The notes under the pieces were generated by a model. That model was not told the origin of the DNA. It did no database searches and worked only from the letters and a program-made list of their open reading frames with translations. Positions 50,734 to 60,592 of a DNA stretch of 64,000 nt are shown piece after piece. This DNA is from an uncultured Gemmatimonadaceae bacterium (GTDB taxonomy: Bacteria > Gemmatimonadota > Gemmatimonadetes > Gemmatimonadales > Gemmatimonadaceae), in contig CAWFQK010000004.1 in assembly GCA_963817955.1 (NCBI GenBank), forward strand, positions 1,088,001-1,152,000, in the 5' to 3' direction. Position 1 is the stretch's first letter. Every line of letters begins with the position of its first letter. Position numbers and translations under genes: made by a program.

Positions 50734-51870
50734 ATGCATTCTCTCGTTCGCCTCACCTGGATCGCCGTCCTGGGAAGCGCAGGGTTGGGAGCGTGCGGCG
50801 GTAGCGCCGACTCCACGACACCCGTCACGCCCGTTACGCCGGTCGTGCCGGCCGCCGGCATGCACGGTCTCACCGTCCTCTTTCCCCCCACCAAGCCCAA
50901 CCAGGCCTACTACTCGGACGTGCTCACGTACCTCGTGAACAACCCGAGCGCACCGGTGGACGGGGCGAATTTCTCTGTCAGTTGGAGTTCGGTGGACAAG
51001 GGACCGGGCGCGAATCCGCAATACGATTTCTCGTCCGTGGACAGCCTGCTCCAGCCGTGGATCCACGCCGGCAAGAAAGTGAACCTCACGGTATCGGGCG
51101 TCACGTATGGAACAGGAACGACGTCGCTGGTCGCGACGCCTGCCTACGTGCAATTGCAGGCGAGCATTCTCAACTGCACCAGCTCATCCCCGGCCTTCTG
51201 GCAGCAAGGCTACTTCAAGAACTATCAAGCATTGATGGCGGCGGTCGTCCAGCACTACGGCAGCAACCCCTCTGTGGGATACATCCGATTCGGACTGGGC
51301 ATTGGTGGTGAAACCACGATCGTCATGGGCTTCAGCTCCGCGGACTGCCAGGCGCAGCTCACCGCGGCCGGGTTCAGCACTCCGGTGTGGCTCGCCTATC
51401 TCGGCCAGATGCTCGATTATGAGAAGTCATTGAATTCTCCAGTGCAGTTGATGGTGGGGATCAACATCCTGAATTTCAACAATCCGGACTACAGCATACC
51501 GGATTCGACCGCGGCCATGGCCGTGCGCAACGGCATCGGGTTCGGAAGCCAGGGACTTCAGGCCGGCGACATCACGGACTATGCCGCCGGCCGGCCCTGC
51601 ACCGTAGACTGGTGCAAGATGTTCGTGAAGTACGACGGTACAGTTCCCCTCGAGCTGCAAACGGTCGCGCTCAGCGATCCGAGTGGCGCCGGCATGACCG
51701 GTTCACTGGTGCCGCTGCTGCAACTCGGCGTGCAGCTCCACGCGCGGAATTTCGAAATCTACTACGAAGATTGGCTGACGGCGTTCGACCCGGCCTACCC
51801 GGCATATGCGCAGTATCACACCGCGTATCAGCAGGCCATTCTGACTACGTCGGCGGCGGTCGCCAAGTAG
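50734..51870 (+). CDS. Lipoprotein, putative glycoside hydrolase (TIM-barrel type)
   Basis: Lipobox LGAC; SWSSVDKG...YDFSSVD and PAFW...YGSNPSVGY motifs reminiscent of GH-A clan enzymes. Confidence 0.5.
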   Translation: MHSLVRLTWIAVLGSAGLGACGGSADSTTPVTPVTPVVPAAGMHGLTVLFPPTKPNQAYYSDVLTYLVNNPSAPVDGANFSVSWSSVDKGPGANPQYDFSSVDSLLQPWIHAGKKVNLTVSGVTYGTGTTSLVATPAYVQLQASILNCTSSSPAFWQQGYFKNYQALMAAVVQHYGSNPSVGYIRFGLGIGGETTIVMGFSSADCQAQLTAAGFSTPVWLAYLGQMLDYEKSLNSPVQLMVGINILNFNNPDYSIPDSTAAMAVRNGIGFGSQGLQAGDITDYAAGRPCTVDWCKMFVKYDGTVPLELQTVALSDPSGAGMTGSLVPLLQLGVQLHARNFEIYYEDWLTAFDPAYPAYAQYHTAYQQAILTTSAAVAK

Positions 51871-51889
51871 ACAGATACCAGGCACTCAC

Positions 51890-52368
51890 ATGCAACATCT
51901 TTTCGCCCTCCCGATCATTGCATTCGCCGCGCAGGCGGCGGGCGCCCAGACACCGGCCCCTTCCTGTTACGCCACGCCAGCGTCGCTGACGCCGGCCGCG
52001 TGGCATACGCCCACCCACATGGCTTCGTCCTGGACGAGCCGGGCCGCTTGCTCTTCATGTCGTCCGAAGGCAATGCCACGCTCCAGGTGATCGATCTCCG
52101 CACCATGCGAGTCCTTGGACATCACTCGGTTGGCGCAACGTCCGACGTGCTGGCCTGGGATGCGGGGTGGCGACGTCTATACGTGGCGTCGGAGGGTGGG
52201 GTCCTGTCCGCATTCTTTCTCGATGGAACCACACTCAAGCCGGTTGGAGAGGTACGCGCGCGCCATGCGCATACCGTGTCCGTCGACCCCCGTACTCACC
52301 GCGTCGATCTGCCGCTCGAGAACATCGACGGGCACCCGGTGCTGCGCATCTATACGCCGGCACCGTAG
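51890..52368 (+). pseudogene. Disrupted YncE-like beta-propeller gene
   Basis: The signal peptide ORF (51890) and the propeller C-terminal part (HPHGF, DVLAWD, AHTVSVDP) lie in different frames; together far too short for a full propeller. Confidence 0.6.
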
Positions 52369-52439
52369 CTCGACTGCGCGCGACGCAGCCGGTTCAATCT
52401 GAGCGACGCATGATCGGCGCGAAACGCGTGCGCCGCATC

Positions 52440-53729
52440 CTATCCCAGTACGCGCTCGCAGGCCATCGCGACGCCGAGTAGCGCTTCGGTCTCGTTTCGC
52501 CGGCCGACAAGTTGCAGCCCCACCGGAAGCCCATCGACGGGAATGGGGATGGAGATCGCCGGATGTCCCGTGATGTTGAAGAGCTGCGTGAGCCGTAACA
52601 TTGCCGCGCGTATGCTGAGCGTCTCTCCGGACGCTGCGTCGATAACCACATCCACCGCGCCAAGCTTGGGCGCGACGATGGGCAACGTCGGGAGCACAAG
52701 TGCGCTGCATCCGTCGAGCGCAGCGTCCACCGCGTGCCGCAGCGCCTCACGCGCGTCCCGCGCCTGGAGATAACTCACCGCCGAAATGGTGCGCCCTCGC
52801 TCGAGACGTTCGCGCACCGCGGGATGATAGTCGGCCGCGCGCGTGGCGAGCGTGGCCGTATGCCAATGGGCGGCCTCGGGCAGCGAGATGTTCACGTACG
52901 TGTCGCTGATACTCGCGCTGCCCTCGATCGTTCGCGACAGCATCGTCACCCCCGACGTGCAGAGCCGCGAGACCGCGTCGTCGAAGGCCGTGCGCACCTC
53001 ATCGCTCAACACGTCTGTGAAGTAGCCGCCCAGCGCTCCGAGCGTGAGGGCACTCGGCGGCGGCGACTCCGCGTGTGGAACAGCGCGGCCGGCGAGCACC
53101 GCCCAGAGGCTAGCGGCATCCCCAACAGAGCGCGTGATGGGGCCGACGGCATCGAACGTCGCACTCAGCGGCACGACGCCGTCGAGCGGCACCTCGCCGA
53201 GCGACGGCTTGAGGCCGACGACACCGCATGCCGCGGCGGGAATCCTGATCGATCCGCCAGTGTCCGAGCCAATGGACGCGACCCCCATTCCGAGCGCCAC
53301 CGCCGCCGCGGAGCCGCCGCTCGATCCGCCCGCCGAGCGCGTGACATCATGCGGGTTGTGGACTGCACCATACGCCGATTCTTCGCTCGTAGTACCGAGC
53401 GCGAACTCATGAAGGTTCGTCTTTCCGATCAACACTGCGCCGGCCCGACGCAACCGCTGCACGACCGTGGCATCGTGCGTCGCGACGTGATCCGCGCGCA
53501 CTCGCGACGCGGCGGTGGTCGGCTGGCCGGCGACGTCGATGAGATCCTTGACCGAGATCGGCATTCCGTGCAGCGGGCCACTATCGATGCCCTGGCGCTC
53601 GTCGTCGTCAACCGCGCGTGCGGCAGCCCGCGCGCCCTCGGCGTCAACGAGAATGAACGCATTGGTGCGCGCGCCATGATCCGCAATGGCGGCGAGACTG
53701 GTCTCGAGCAGGTCGACAGCGGTGGGCAC
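52440..53729 (-). CDS. Amidase signature family enzyme
   Basis: PISVKDL, GKTNLHEFA, GGSSGGSAAAV and SDTGGSIRIP; GTG start inferred. Confidence 0.9.
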   Translation of the reverse strand: MPTAVDLLETSLAAIADHGARTNAFILVDAEGARAAARAVDDDERQGIDSGPLHGMPISVKDLIDVAGQPTTAASRVRADHVATHDATVVQRLRRAGAVLIGKTNLHEFALGTTSEESAYGAVHNPHDVTRSAGGSSGGSAAAVALGMGVASIGSDTGGSIRIPAAACGVVGLKPSLGEVPLDGVVPLSATFDAVGPITRSVGDAASLWAVLAGRAVPHAESPPPSALTLGALGGYFTDVLSDEVRTAFDDAVSRLCTSGVTMLSRTIEGSASISDTYVNISLPEAAHWHTATLATRAADYHPAVRERLERGRTISAVSYLQARDAREALRHAVDAALDGCSALVLPTLPIVAPKLGAVDVVIDAASGETLSIRAAMLRLTQLFNITGHPAISIPIPVDGLPVGLQLVGRRNETEALLGVAMACERVLG

Positions 53730-53781
53730 GGGAGTATGCTGGGGGGTACGCGGGCGGAGCGAGGTCTCAATCCAAGCAATC

Positions 53782-54783
53782 CTACAGTAATGCATCGCTG
53801 ATGCGTGCAATCTCTTCTGCTTCTCTCCAGCGGCTCTCGAGCTCGGCCAACTCGCCGTGAAGCGCGTGGCGCTCTTCCTGCTCATGGGCAGTCATCTCGA
53901 GGGCGAGCCGTTGTGAGACACGAAGTCTGCCAATCCGAAACCACGGATCTGACAATATCGAGCCGCCATCGAGGTCTCCGGCCCAAAAGGCTCGCCGCGG
54001 TCGGTCGGCCGTCGCAATGGTCATGAACGCATCGTCCGCGTCCTTGAAGCCTTCGAGCAGATCGAGTGCTTCATGCCTTGTCCGCTCTCCCGCACCGTGG
54101 GAATTGATACTCGGCAATAACACTATAGCGGCCGAGCGTGCGTCTCGACCTCGCACCGTGATGTACTTGTGACCACCGGGCGCACCTTGACTGGCGACTG
54201 GTATTCGCAGTTCATATCCGGCATCGGCGTTCGGACGCAGTTCGATGTGCGCCAACATTCGAGCGCTCAATCCAACCAGCGTGTCGCCAATACGCGTGCG
54301 CACCCGAATTCGCTTGCGCGAGGCCTGATTCGCGAGACTAAACCCGAAATTCGCGGCAACCAGTCCCATTCCTCCAATGGCAATGCCGGCTCCGTATAGC
54401 GCCGCGGCAGCAGCGGCAACGGTTCCGACGGCGATAGCGTGCTTCCGCCGACGCCGGCCAAACTGGTCCCCGTACCTCCAGGCCGCCATCTCCGGGCGTA
54501 GCGGGTGCCCGACGCGAATCAGATCCGTTCCATCTCGCATCCGCGCCATTCCAATCTGATCAGTCGAGAACCGCAGGGTGGTCGAACGAAAGCCGATTTC
54601 ACACTCTTCGAGCGCTTCCCACCGCTCTTCAATGGGACTGAGGTTCCATCGCTCGCACTTGTGGCAGACGGCCCAGAGGCGCCCGGTGGCGCCGTCGAAA
54701 GCGAGGCGCCGGCCGATTGGAAAGTGCTCGATCGAGTCGTTTGCGCCGAGGGGCGCATGACAAAAGATGCATGTCGAATACAT
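53782..54783 (-). CDS. Conserved hypothetical protein with N-terminal Cys pairs and a TM hairpin
   Basis: CIFC...CHKC putative zinc site, central hydrophobic segment, coiled-coil tail. Confidence 0.65.
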   Translation of the reverse strand: MYSTCIFCHAPLGANDSIEHFPIGRRLAFDGATGRLWAVCHKCERWNLSPIEERWEALEECEIGFRSTTLRFSTDQIGMARMRDGTDLIRVGHPLRPEMAAWRYGDQFGRRRRKHAIAVGTVAAAAAALYGAGIAIGGMGLVAANFGFSLANQASRKRIRVRTRIGDTLVGLSARMLAHIELRPNADAGYELRIPVASQGAPGGHKYITVRGRDARSAAIVLLPSINSHGAGERTRHEALDLLEGFKDADDAFMTIATADRPRRAFWAGDLDGGSILSDPWFRIGRLRVSQRLALEMTAHEQEERHALHGELAELESRWREAEEIARISDALL

Positions 54784-54955
54784 CGCGCTGTCTACGGAGT
54801 AAGGGTCGTGACGGCAGCGGAGGTGTCGCAGACCCGTCGGCCACCGGCGCCCAGCCTAAGATTACCCGTCAACCAACACGTCGTGAGATATTCGGTCAAA
54901 ATGCGGCCAACGTGTTTCCCGACTCCGATGAATCAGCGCCCCTCGACAGAGCAGA

Positions 54956-56716
54956 TCAGGGTCCGAACGTTGCTTGAACCGGCGCCGTCCGCACGTGGAG
55001 ACGCACGCTGCCGGCCGGTGCGTGCGCCTGCTCGGCGCTGTCGGCGACAGCGTAGAGCCCTTGTGCGACCGGGACTGCCATGCCTCGGCGAGCAGCGTCA
55101 ACGGCCTCGCGCTTGGCGTCGCCATAGCGCCCAAGCGCGATCAGGTCGGCGATCAAGCCACTCTTCGCGACGGACTGGCCTGGATCTTCGACAAGACTCC
55201 TCTCCAATTGCGGAAGCGCCAGGCTGTCGTTCCCCCGATCGCGAAGCTGATCGGCCAACTCGTTCCGAATATACTGTGGCTTGGGAGAATACGAGATCGC
55301 GCGTTCATAAGCCGCGATTGCGAGGTCCGTTTGACCGATCTGGAACAGCACCGAACCGAACGCGTGTTGTGCCCGATAGCTGAGCGGTGCGTCCATGGCG
55401 GTGCGATACCACAAGACCCAATTGTTGCGCCAATCGCGCTCGCGGACCGCGCTTCTGATTGTGCCGGCGATGACCAAAGCCGCGCACCCGGCAGCTACCG
55501 CACGGCGTGCCTGCCACCCGACGGATTCGGTCTGAAGGACGTTGGTCAGCAACGCACACACACAGAGCAGGAAACCCACGCTCGGCAGCAGGAGCGTCCG
55601 CTCGGCGAGTACAATTCCCGTCGGCACGAGCACATTTGACACCGGAAAGAGCGCGATGCCGCACCAGGCGATTCCGAACGACGCGAGCGGGATGCGCCGG
55701 CGCAGAGCGATCGCGGCGAACGCGGCGCACAGCAGCAGGGTGAACCCGAGCAACTGTGAGAGGCCAACGGACGTCGCCGCAACGATCTCATGCGGCGAGT
55801 AGTCGATCTGTAGGTGCGCGGGCCACCCGAGCAGGCGAAACCACTGGCCAACCACGCCCAGCATGGTGAGGGCGCGATGATACGCGTCGAGGCCGACGAG
55901 CGCCTCGGCGGTAAACGTGCCAACGACGCCACTGGGAATGATGCGCGACCGAAGCCAGAGCACCAACAACCCGAGCAGGCCGAGGGCGACGTAGCCGGGG
56001 ATGAGCGTGTTGCGTTTCCCGTCCCCTCGCTCGGTTGCAAGAACCGTAAACTCCGCGGCGAGTAGAATGCCCGGGATGATCAACCCCGTTTCCTTGAAGA
56101 GCGACGCGGCGAGGTAGGCGCTGCAGAGCACGGCCCAGTCACGCAGATCCAACGTTCCACGACGCCGGACGTCGACATAGCGCATGACCATCAGCAGGCA
56201 AATTCCCGTCACGATCAATTCGCTCTGATTCACTCCAAGCGCCACGGCCTCGACGTGAACCGGATGCGCCGCGAACAAGACCGCCACCGCCCAAGCGGGA
56301 AAGGACGGCAGGAAGCGCCGAGCCAGGAGCAGCACGCCAACCGCGGTTGCGGCATACAAGACATAACTCCCAACTCGAAATGCGATCGGCGATCCGCCGC
56401 CGAAGAACCACTCGATGGCGTACCACGTCGTGGACAGTGGCCGATACAACTCCGGCGACCACGGGGGAGGCCAATACGTCTTCGTGAAGAACAGCGACCA
56501 GTTTCCCAGACTGTGGATTCGTTGATCGTTGCCGATCAGAGTCACGTCATCGGAAGCGAAGTCGTTCCACAGACCGGTGAGGGACGAGAGGAGTGCCACG
56601 ATCACACACGACGCGATGCTCAAGCGCAACGCATTGGTCAGATGCCTACCCCGCGCGATGCTCGACAGCAGCGACGAGGGTACTGGCTTCCGGTACTTGC
56701 CGGTCTGGGTGCTCAA
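54956..56716 (-). CDS. TMTC-like GT-C membrane glycosyltransferase with TPRs
   Basis: FASDD, YRPLS, FAAHPVHVEAV, LFKET and LAERTLLLPS motifs followed by TPRs. Confidence 0.75.
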   Translation of the reverse strand: MSTQTGKYRKPVPSSLLSSIARGRHLTNALRLSIASCVIVALLSSLTGLWNDFASDDVTLIGNDQRIHSLGNWSLFFTKTYWPPPWSPELYRPLSTTWYAIEWFFGGGSPIAFRVGSYVLYAATAVGVLLLARRFLPSFPAWAVAVLFAAHPVHVEAVALGVNQSELIVTGICLLMVMRYVDVRRRGTLDLRDWAVLCSAYLAASLFKETGLIIPGILLAAEFTVLATERGDGKRNTLIPGYVALGLLGLLVLWLRSRIIPSGVVGTFTAEALVGLDAYHRALTMLGVVGQWFRLLGWPAHLQIDYSPHEIVAATSVGLSQLLGFTLLLCAAFAAIALRRRIPLASFGIAWCGIALFPVSNVLVPTGIVLAERTLLLPSVGFLLCVCALLTNVLQTESVGWQARRAVAAGCAALVIAGTIRSAVRERDWRNNWVLWYRTAMDAPLSYRAQHAFGSVLFQIGQTDLAIAAYERAISYSPKPQYIRNELADQLRDRGNDSLALPQLERSLVEDPGQSVAKSGLIADLIALGRYGDAKREAVDAARRGMAVPVAQGLYAVADSAEQAHAPAGSVRLHVRTAPVQATFGP

Positions 56717-56879
56717 TCTATGTGCCTACAAACAGAATTATTTGCCGAAGTACAGCCCTCTCCGGGGCTCCTCAGGGGATACGCAAGAGGTCTCGGAAAC
56801 GTCATGGTCGAAGTAGGAAATTTTTCGGAATCTCGCGATCTGGCCCTATTTTGACGGCCGCTGGGAAACGCCGCCCCCG

Positions 56880-58016
56880 TCAACGGTCCACGACGAGAAG
56901 GCCAATGGCGCCCTTCTGTCCGTGACCGAATCCATGGTTCACGAATGGAAACTCGCCCGGAACGTCGCAAACGAGCTCGTACACCGTCCCACCACCGGGT
57001 GGCACACTGAATGTCTGCACACCGCTGATCGTGTTCCCCGGCAGGGCTCCCATGTACACCTTGTCGAACTGCTCGCCCACGACATGGAAGTTGCACGGAT
57101 GGGAAGGACCCGCGCTCACCACCCAGAAGCGCACTCGGTCGCCGACCTTCACGTGAATCGGCTCCTTGATGTACTGGTTGGGCCGGCCATTGAAGCAGAC
57201 GATGTCCGGGAGAAGGTTGAGCATCTTCTGGTAGTCCGATGCCTGCACGCCGTTCGCCGCGGCGGCCAGGTAGAACTCATTCTGGATGAGCACGAAGTCC
57301 TTGGCCGCGGGAAGCGGCTCGCGCGGACTGACGATGATGCACCCGAACATGCCGCTGCCGATGTGCATGAGCACCGGCGACGTGCCGCAATGATACAAGA
57401 ACGCACCTGCATACTTCGGCTTGAACGCGTATGTCACCGACTGGCCCTTCGGCACGGACTTGAACGCCTGCTTGGGATCGATCTGCGCGGCATGGAAGTC
57501 CATCGAATGCGGAATGTCGGCGTCGTTGGTCAGCGTGAATTCCACGGTATCGCCCACCCGACAGTGAATGATCGGACCAGGGATGTCGCCCTCGAACGTC
57601 CAGCCGGCGACCACAGTGTCGTCCGAGATTCGCACTGGCGCCTCGCGCGAATGCCAGTGCCTTTGGACCGTTCCGGTTGTGGCAGCAGGCGGCAGCGTCG
57701 GATCCCACCGGTGGTACGCAGTGCTCTGTGCTCCCTGCGTCGCGGTACCGGTCGCGGAGGTTCCTCCGTGGTGCTGACCCTTGAGCAGCGAAGAATCGAG
57801 GCGGCTGTCGGAATTATGCGGGCGAACGCCAGTCGTCGCGCCGGCGCCCTCGCGCGCAGCAGCCTTCGCCGTGTCCGTCCGCGACTGCTGCCCGGGAGAA
57901 CACGACACGAGGGCCACACCCGGGATCGTCAACGACAGCGCTGCGGCGCGCGTGAGGAACGTCCGTCGATCAGTCACAGCGAGGCAATCGGGGGTAGGGA
58001 TGGATGGTTCGGTCAT
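56880..58016 (-). CDS. nirK: Copper-containing nitrite reductase (two-cupredoxin-domain multicopper protein) with Tat signal
   Basis: DRRTFL Tat motif; HSMDFH, YHC...H...M, FHVVGEQFD and FVNH copper/catalytic motifs. Confidence 0.75.
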   Translation of the reverse strand: MTEPSIPTPDCLAVTDRRTFLTRAAALSLTIPGVALVSCSPGQQSRTDTAKAAAREGAGATTGVRPHNSDSRLDSSLLKGQHHGGTSATGTATQGAQSTAYHRWDPTLPPAATTGTVQRHWHSREAPVRISDDTVVAGWTFEGDIPGPIIHCRVGDTVEFTLTNDADIPHSMDFHAAQIDPKQAFKSVPKGQSVTYAFKPKYAGAFLYHCGTSPVLMHIGSGMFGCIIVSPREPLPAAKDFVLIQNEFYLAAAANGVQASDYQKMLNLLPDIVCFNGRPNQYIKEPIHVKVGDRVRFWVVSAGPSHPCNFHVVGEQFDKVYMGALPGNTISGVQTFSVPPGGGTVYELVCDVPGEFPFVNHGFGHGQKGAIGLLVVDR

Positions 58017-58221
58017 TGGGCGCTCGGAGTAGGAGTCAGCGGACACGACGAGGGCTCGTCGCATTCACTCGTCGCGAGTGGACCAGCGAGCGTGCGTCGG
58101 GAAATTCCGGGCACATGCGCTCGCAACAGCCGTACCGCAATGCGCCGGTCCGCCGAACCGTGTCAGGCTATGGCCAGCGGTGCCAACCCATCTCGACGCG
58201 AAGAGAGCTCACCATGTCGGC

Positions 58222-58407
58222 TCAGTGGGACCGATCCAACATCGGGAGATACGCTCGCCACGGGCCGACCGCTTCGCGGTACTGCTTCGCCATCACTCGC
58301 GCCGTCTGAGCCACGTGCCCCAAGTCGTGCGCCACCCACGTCGCCAGCAAGTGGCGCAGCGAGACCGCTCCGAATTCGGGGTGCTCACCCGCGAGAGCCA
58401 ATTGGGC
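58222..58407 (-). pseudogene. C-terminal fragment of a DinB-family protein
   Basis: Manual translation AQLALAGEHPEFGAVSLRHLLATWVAHDLGHVAQTARVMAKQYREAVGPWRAYLPMLDRSH*; the 5' part is replaced by repeat array 3. Confidence 0.7.
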
Positions 58408-58412
58408 ATTTG

Positions 58413-58580
58413 ACCGCCGTCAGCCGCCGTAAACCGCCGTCAGCCGCCGTCAGCCGCCGTCAGGGAGTCAGCGCTGTTAGGGAGTCAGCGCAGTTAGGGA
58501 GTCAGCGCAGTTAGGGAGTCAGCGCAGTTAGGGAGTTGGCGCTGTGAGGGAGTCCGCGCCGTCAGCAGTTCGCGCCGTAA
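58413..58580 (-). repeat. 17-bp/10-bp composite repeat array 3 (reverse orientation)
   Basis: cagccgccgt units, then agggagtcagcgcagtt units, then head agcagttcgcgccgt. Confidence 0.9.
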
Positions 58581-59059
58581 ACCATCTCATACCACTCCTT
58601 CACCACCCCCCGGTACTCCGCCCACGCCCGAAACCCCTCGCAAGCCCACTCGCGCGCGGCCTCCTCGATCCGATCCCCCTGTCCAATCACGTCTGCAATC
58701 GTTCGAACTCCCACGAAACTCGGCGGCGTCATCCACCGAAACCGCCCCTTCATTTGAACGGCCCGTTGCAACAACGCGGGAGCAGCCTCGGTGGCGAGCC
58801 CCAGCTCGAGCTGTGCGTAGAGACTGATGAGATGCACGGCCACCGACTGAATTGTCTGCGGACCGGGACTCCCGGGATGCTGAACGGCGTAGGCATCGAC
58901 GCAGAGTTGGCGATACTTCACGGCTGCCGAATCGCTCATGAATCTGACGTTCAGCTCACCATTCATCGCCCAGCAACCAGGCGAGGCCGTCATGTAACGA
59001 TGGATGGGGCCTTCGATGCGCGGGACAACCGCGCCGCAGCCGACGCAACGCTCAGTCAG
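58562..59059 (-). CDS. DUF5946-like protein (probable CTG start)
   Basis: VDAYAVQHPG and QSVAVHLISL motifs; the frame extends upstream of 58993 through RCVGCGAVVPRIEGPIHRY to a CTG behind ggagag. Confidence 0.7.
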   Translation of the reverse strand: MTERCVGCGAVVPRIEGPIHRYMTASPGCWAMNGELNVRFMSDSAAVKYRQLCVDAYAVQHPGSPGPQTIQSVAVHLISLYAQLELGLATEAAPALLQRAVQMKGRFRWMTPPSFVGVRTIADVIGQGDRIEEAAREWACEGFRAWAEYRGVVKEWYEMVYGANC

Positions 59060-59240
59060 GTGGCTCTCCGAATGAAGTAATCGATACGCGCCACAACTTG
59101 TTCAAGTAGGCGCGGTCGCGGGCGGAGCGCTAGCCCGGAAGCGCCGGAGGACTATCCTTAAGATTGTCGCCGCACCTCCCGAAACCGGCCGACACATCAG
59201 CAACCGTCGCCACATGTCTCGTCCACTCATCCCACCTGTC

Positions 59241-60314
59241 ATGCGCCTATCCACCCTCGCCCTCGTTGCCGGGCTCCTCGCGTCGTCACCCGCCGGTGGC
59301 CAGAGACCCAGCGCCGTACCGGCCTCGCCGTGCACCACGCCAACGACGGTCTGCGAGCGCTGGATAACATTCGGCAGCGGACCGGCGCGATCGATGGTGT
59401 ACTCCACCTATCCGCTCGACGTGCCGAACGCCAGGATCACACGGGCCCTCGTCATGGTCCACGGTGCCGGGCGCAACGCCGACCATTATTTCGAAACGTC
59501 GGCCGCAGCGGGGTTTCTCGCCGGCGCGCTCAACAACACGATCATCATCGCCCCACGCTACATCGCGGGCACCGACAAACCGTCGGCAAATGAAGTCATG
59601 TGGCCCGAGGGCGGCAACTCCTGGCGCGCCGGCGGCATGTCGCCGACCAATCCGTCGATCTCCGCGTTCGACTTCATGGACGAGATCGTGCGGAAGCTCG
59701 CCGACAAGAAGACGTTCCCGAATCTCACGAAGATCGTCGTCGCCGGGCATTCGGCAGGCGGCCAATTCGCCACGCGCTATGAGATGACGAACAAGGTCCA
59801 CGGGACGCCGGGTGTGAGCCTCAGCTACGTCGTCGCCAATCCATCGAGCTACGCCTGGCCCGCCGCCGTCAGACCGCTCCCCACCGGTGACGCCGATCCG
59901 GCGACCGCCGACAAGGAAGCGCTGGGACCGACTGGAGAAAAGGTGCACACGCAGTTCACCTACGGCCCCTTCGACACCACCAAAGCCCGCAACTACAATC
60001 GCTGGCCCGCAGGGCTGGAGAATCGATCCGGGTACACCGCGGGCATGAGCGACGATCAATTGAAGCGGCAGCTCGTCGAACGTCCGACGACGTACCTCCT
60101 CGGTCAGGTGGACGTGCTGCCGCTCGGCGGATTCGATTCGTCACCGACGGCCATGGCCCAGGGCCCGACACGCCGGGCCCGCGGGGAAGCGTTCGTCAAA
60201 TACGTCGATGAGACGCTTGGCGCGAAGCATATTGCAATCATCGTTCCGGAATGTGGGCATAATGATAGGTGTATATTTACTACTAATATTGTATTTCCGA
60301 GTATTTTTCCGTGA
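59241..60314 (+). CDS. Secreted alpha/beta hydrolase
   Basis: Signal peptide, VHGAGRN, GHSAGGQF nucleophile elbow, C-terminal CGHN. Confidence 0.85.
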   Translation: MRLSTLALVAGLLASSPAGGQRPSAVPASPCTTPTTVCERWITFGSGPARSMVYSTYPLDVPNARITRALVMVHGAGRNADHYFETSAAAGFLAGALNNTIIIAPRYIAGTDKPSANEVMWPEGGNSWRAGGMSPTNPSISAFDFMDEIVRKLADKKTFPNLTKIVVAGHSAGGQFATRYEMTNKVHGTPGVSLSYVVANPSSYAWPAAVRPLPTGDADPATADKEALGPTGEKVHTQFTYGPFDTTKARNYNRWPAGLENRSGYTAGMSDDQLKRQLVERPTTYLLGQVDVLPLGGFDSSPTAMAQGPTRRARGEAFVKYVDETLGAKHIAIIVPECGHNDRCIFTTNIVFPSIFP

Positions 60315-60508
60315 ACGGCGCGAACTGCTGACGGCGCTGACTCCCTGACTGCGCCAACTCCCTGAACGGCGCTGACTCCCTGAACGGCGCCAACTCCCTG
60401 ACGGCGCTAACTCCCTGACGGCGGCTAACGGCGCCAACTCCCTGAACTGCGCGGACTCCCTGACGGCGGCTTACGGCGGCACACGGCGGTTTACGGCGGT
60501 TTACGGCG
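60313..60508 (+). repeat. 17-bp/10-bp composite repeat array 4
   Basis: Head acggcgcgaactgct, 17/18-mers ending actccct, acggcggttt tail. Confidence 0.9.
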
Positions 60509-60592
60509 TGCGTCGATGCAGATGACACAGGTGCTCCCTGTAATTGGCCACGTCCGGCGCGAGGCAACTGAGTCAGTATGACCTCGATGTTT

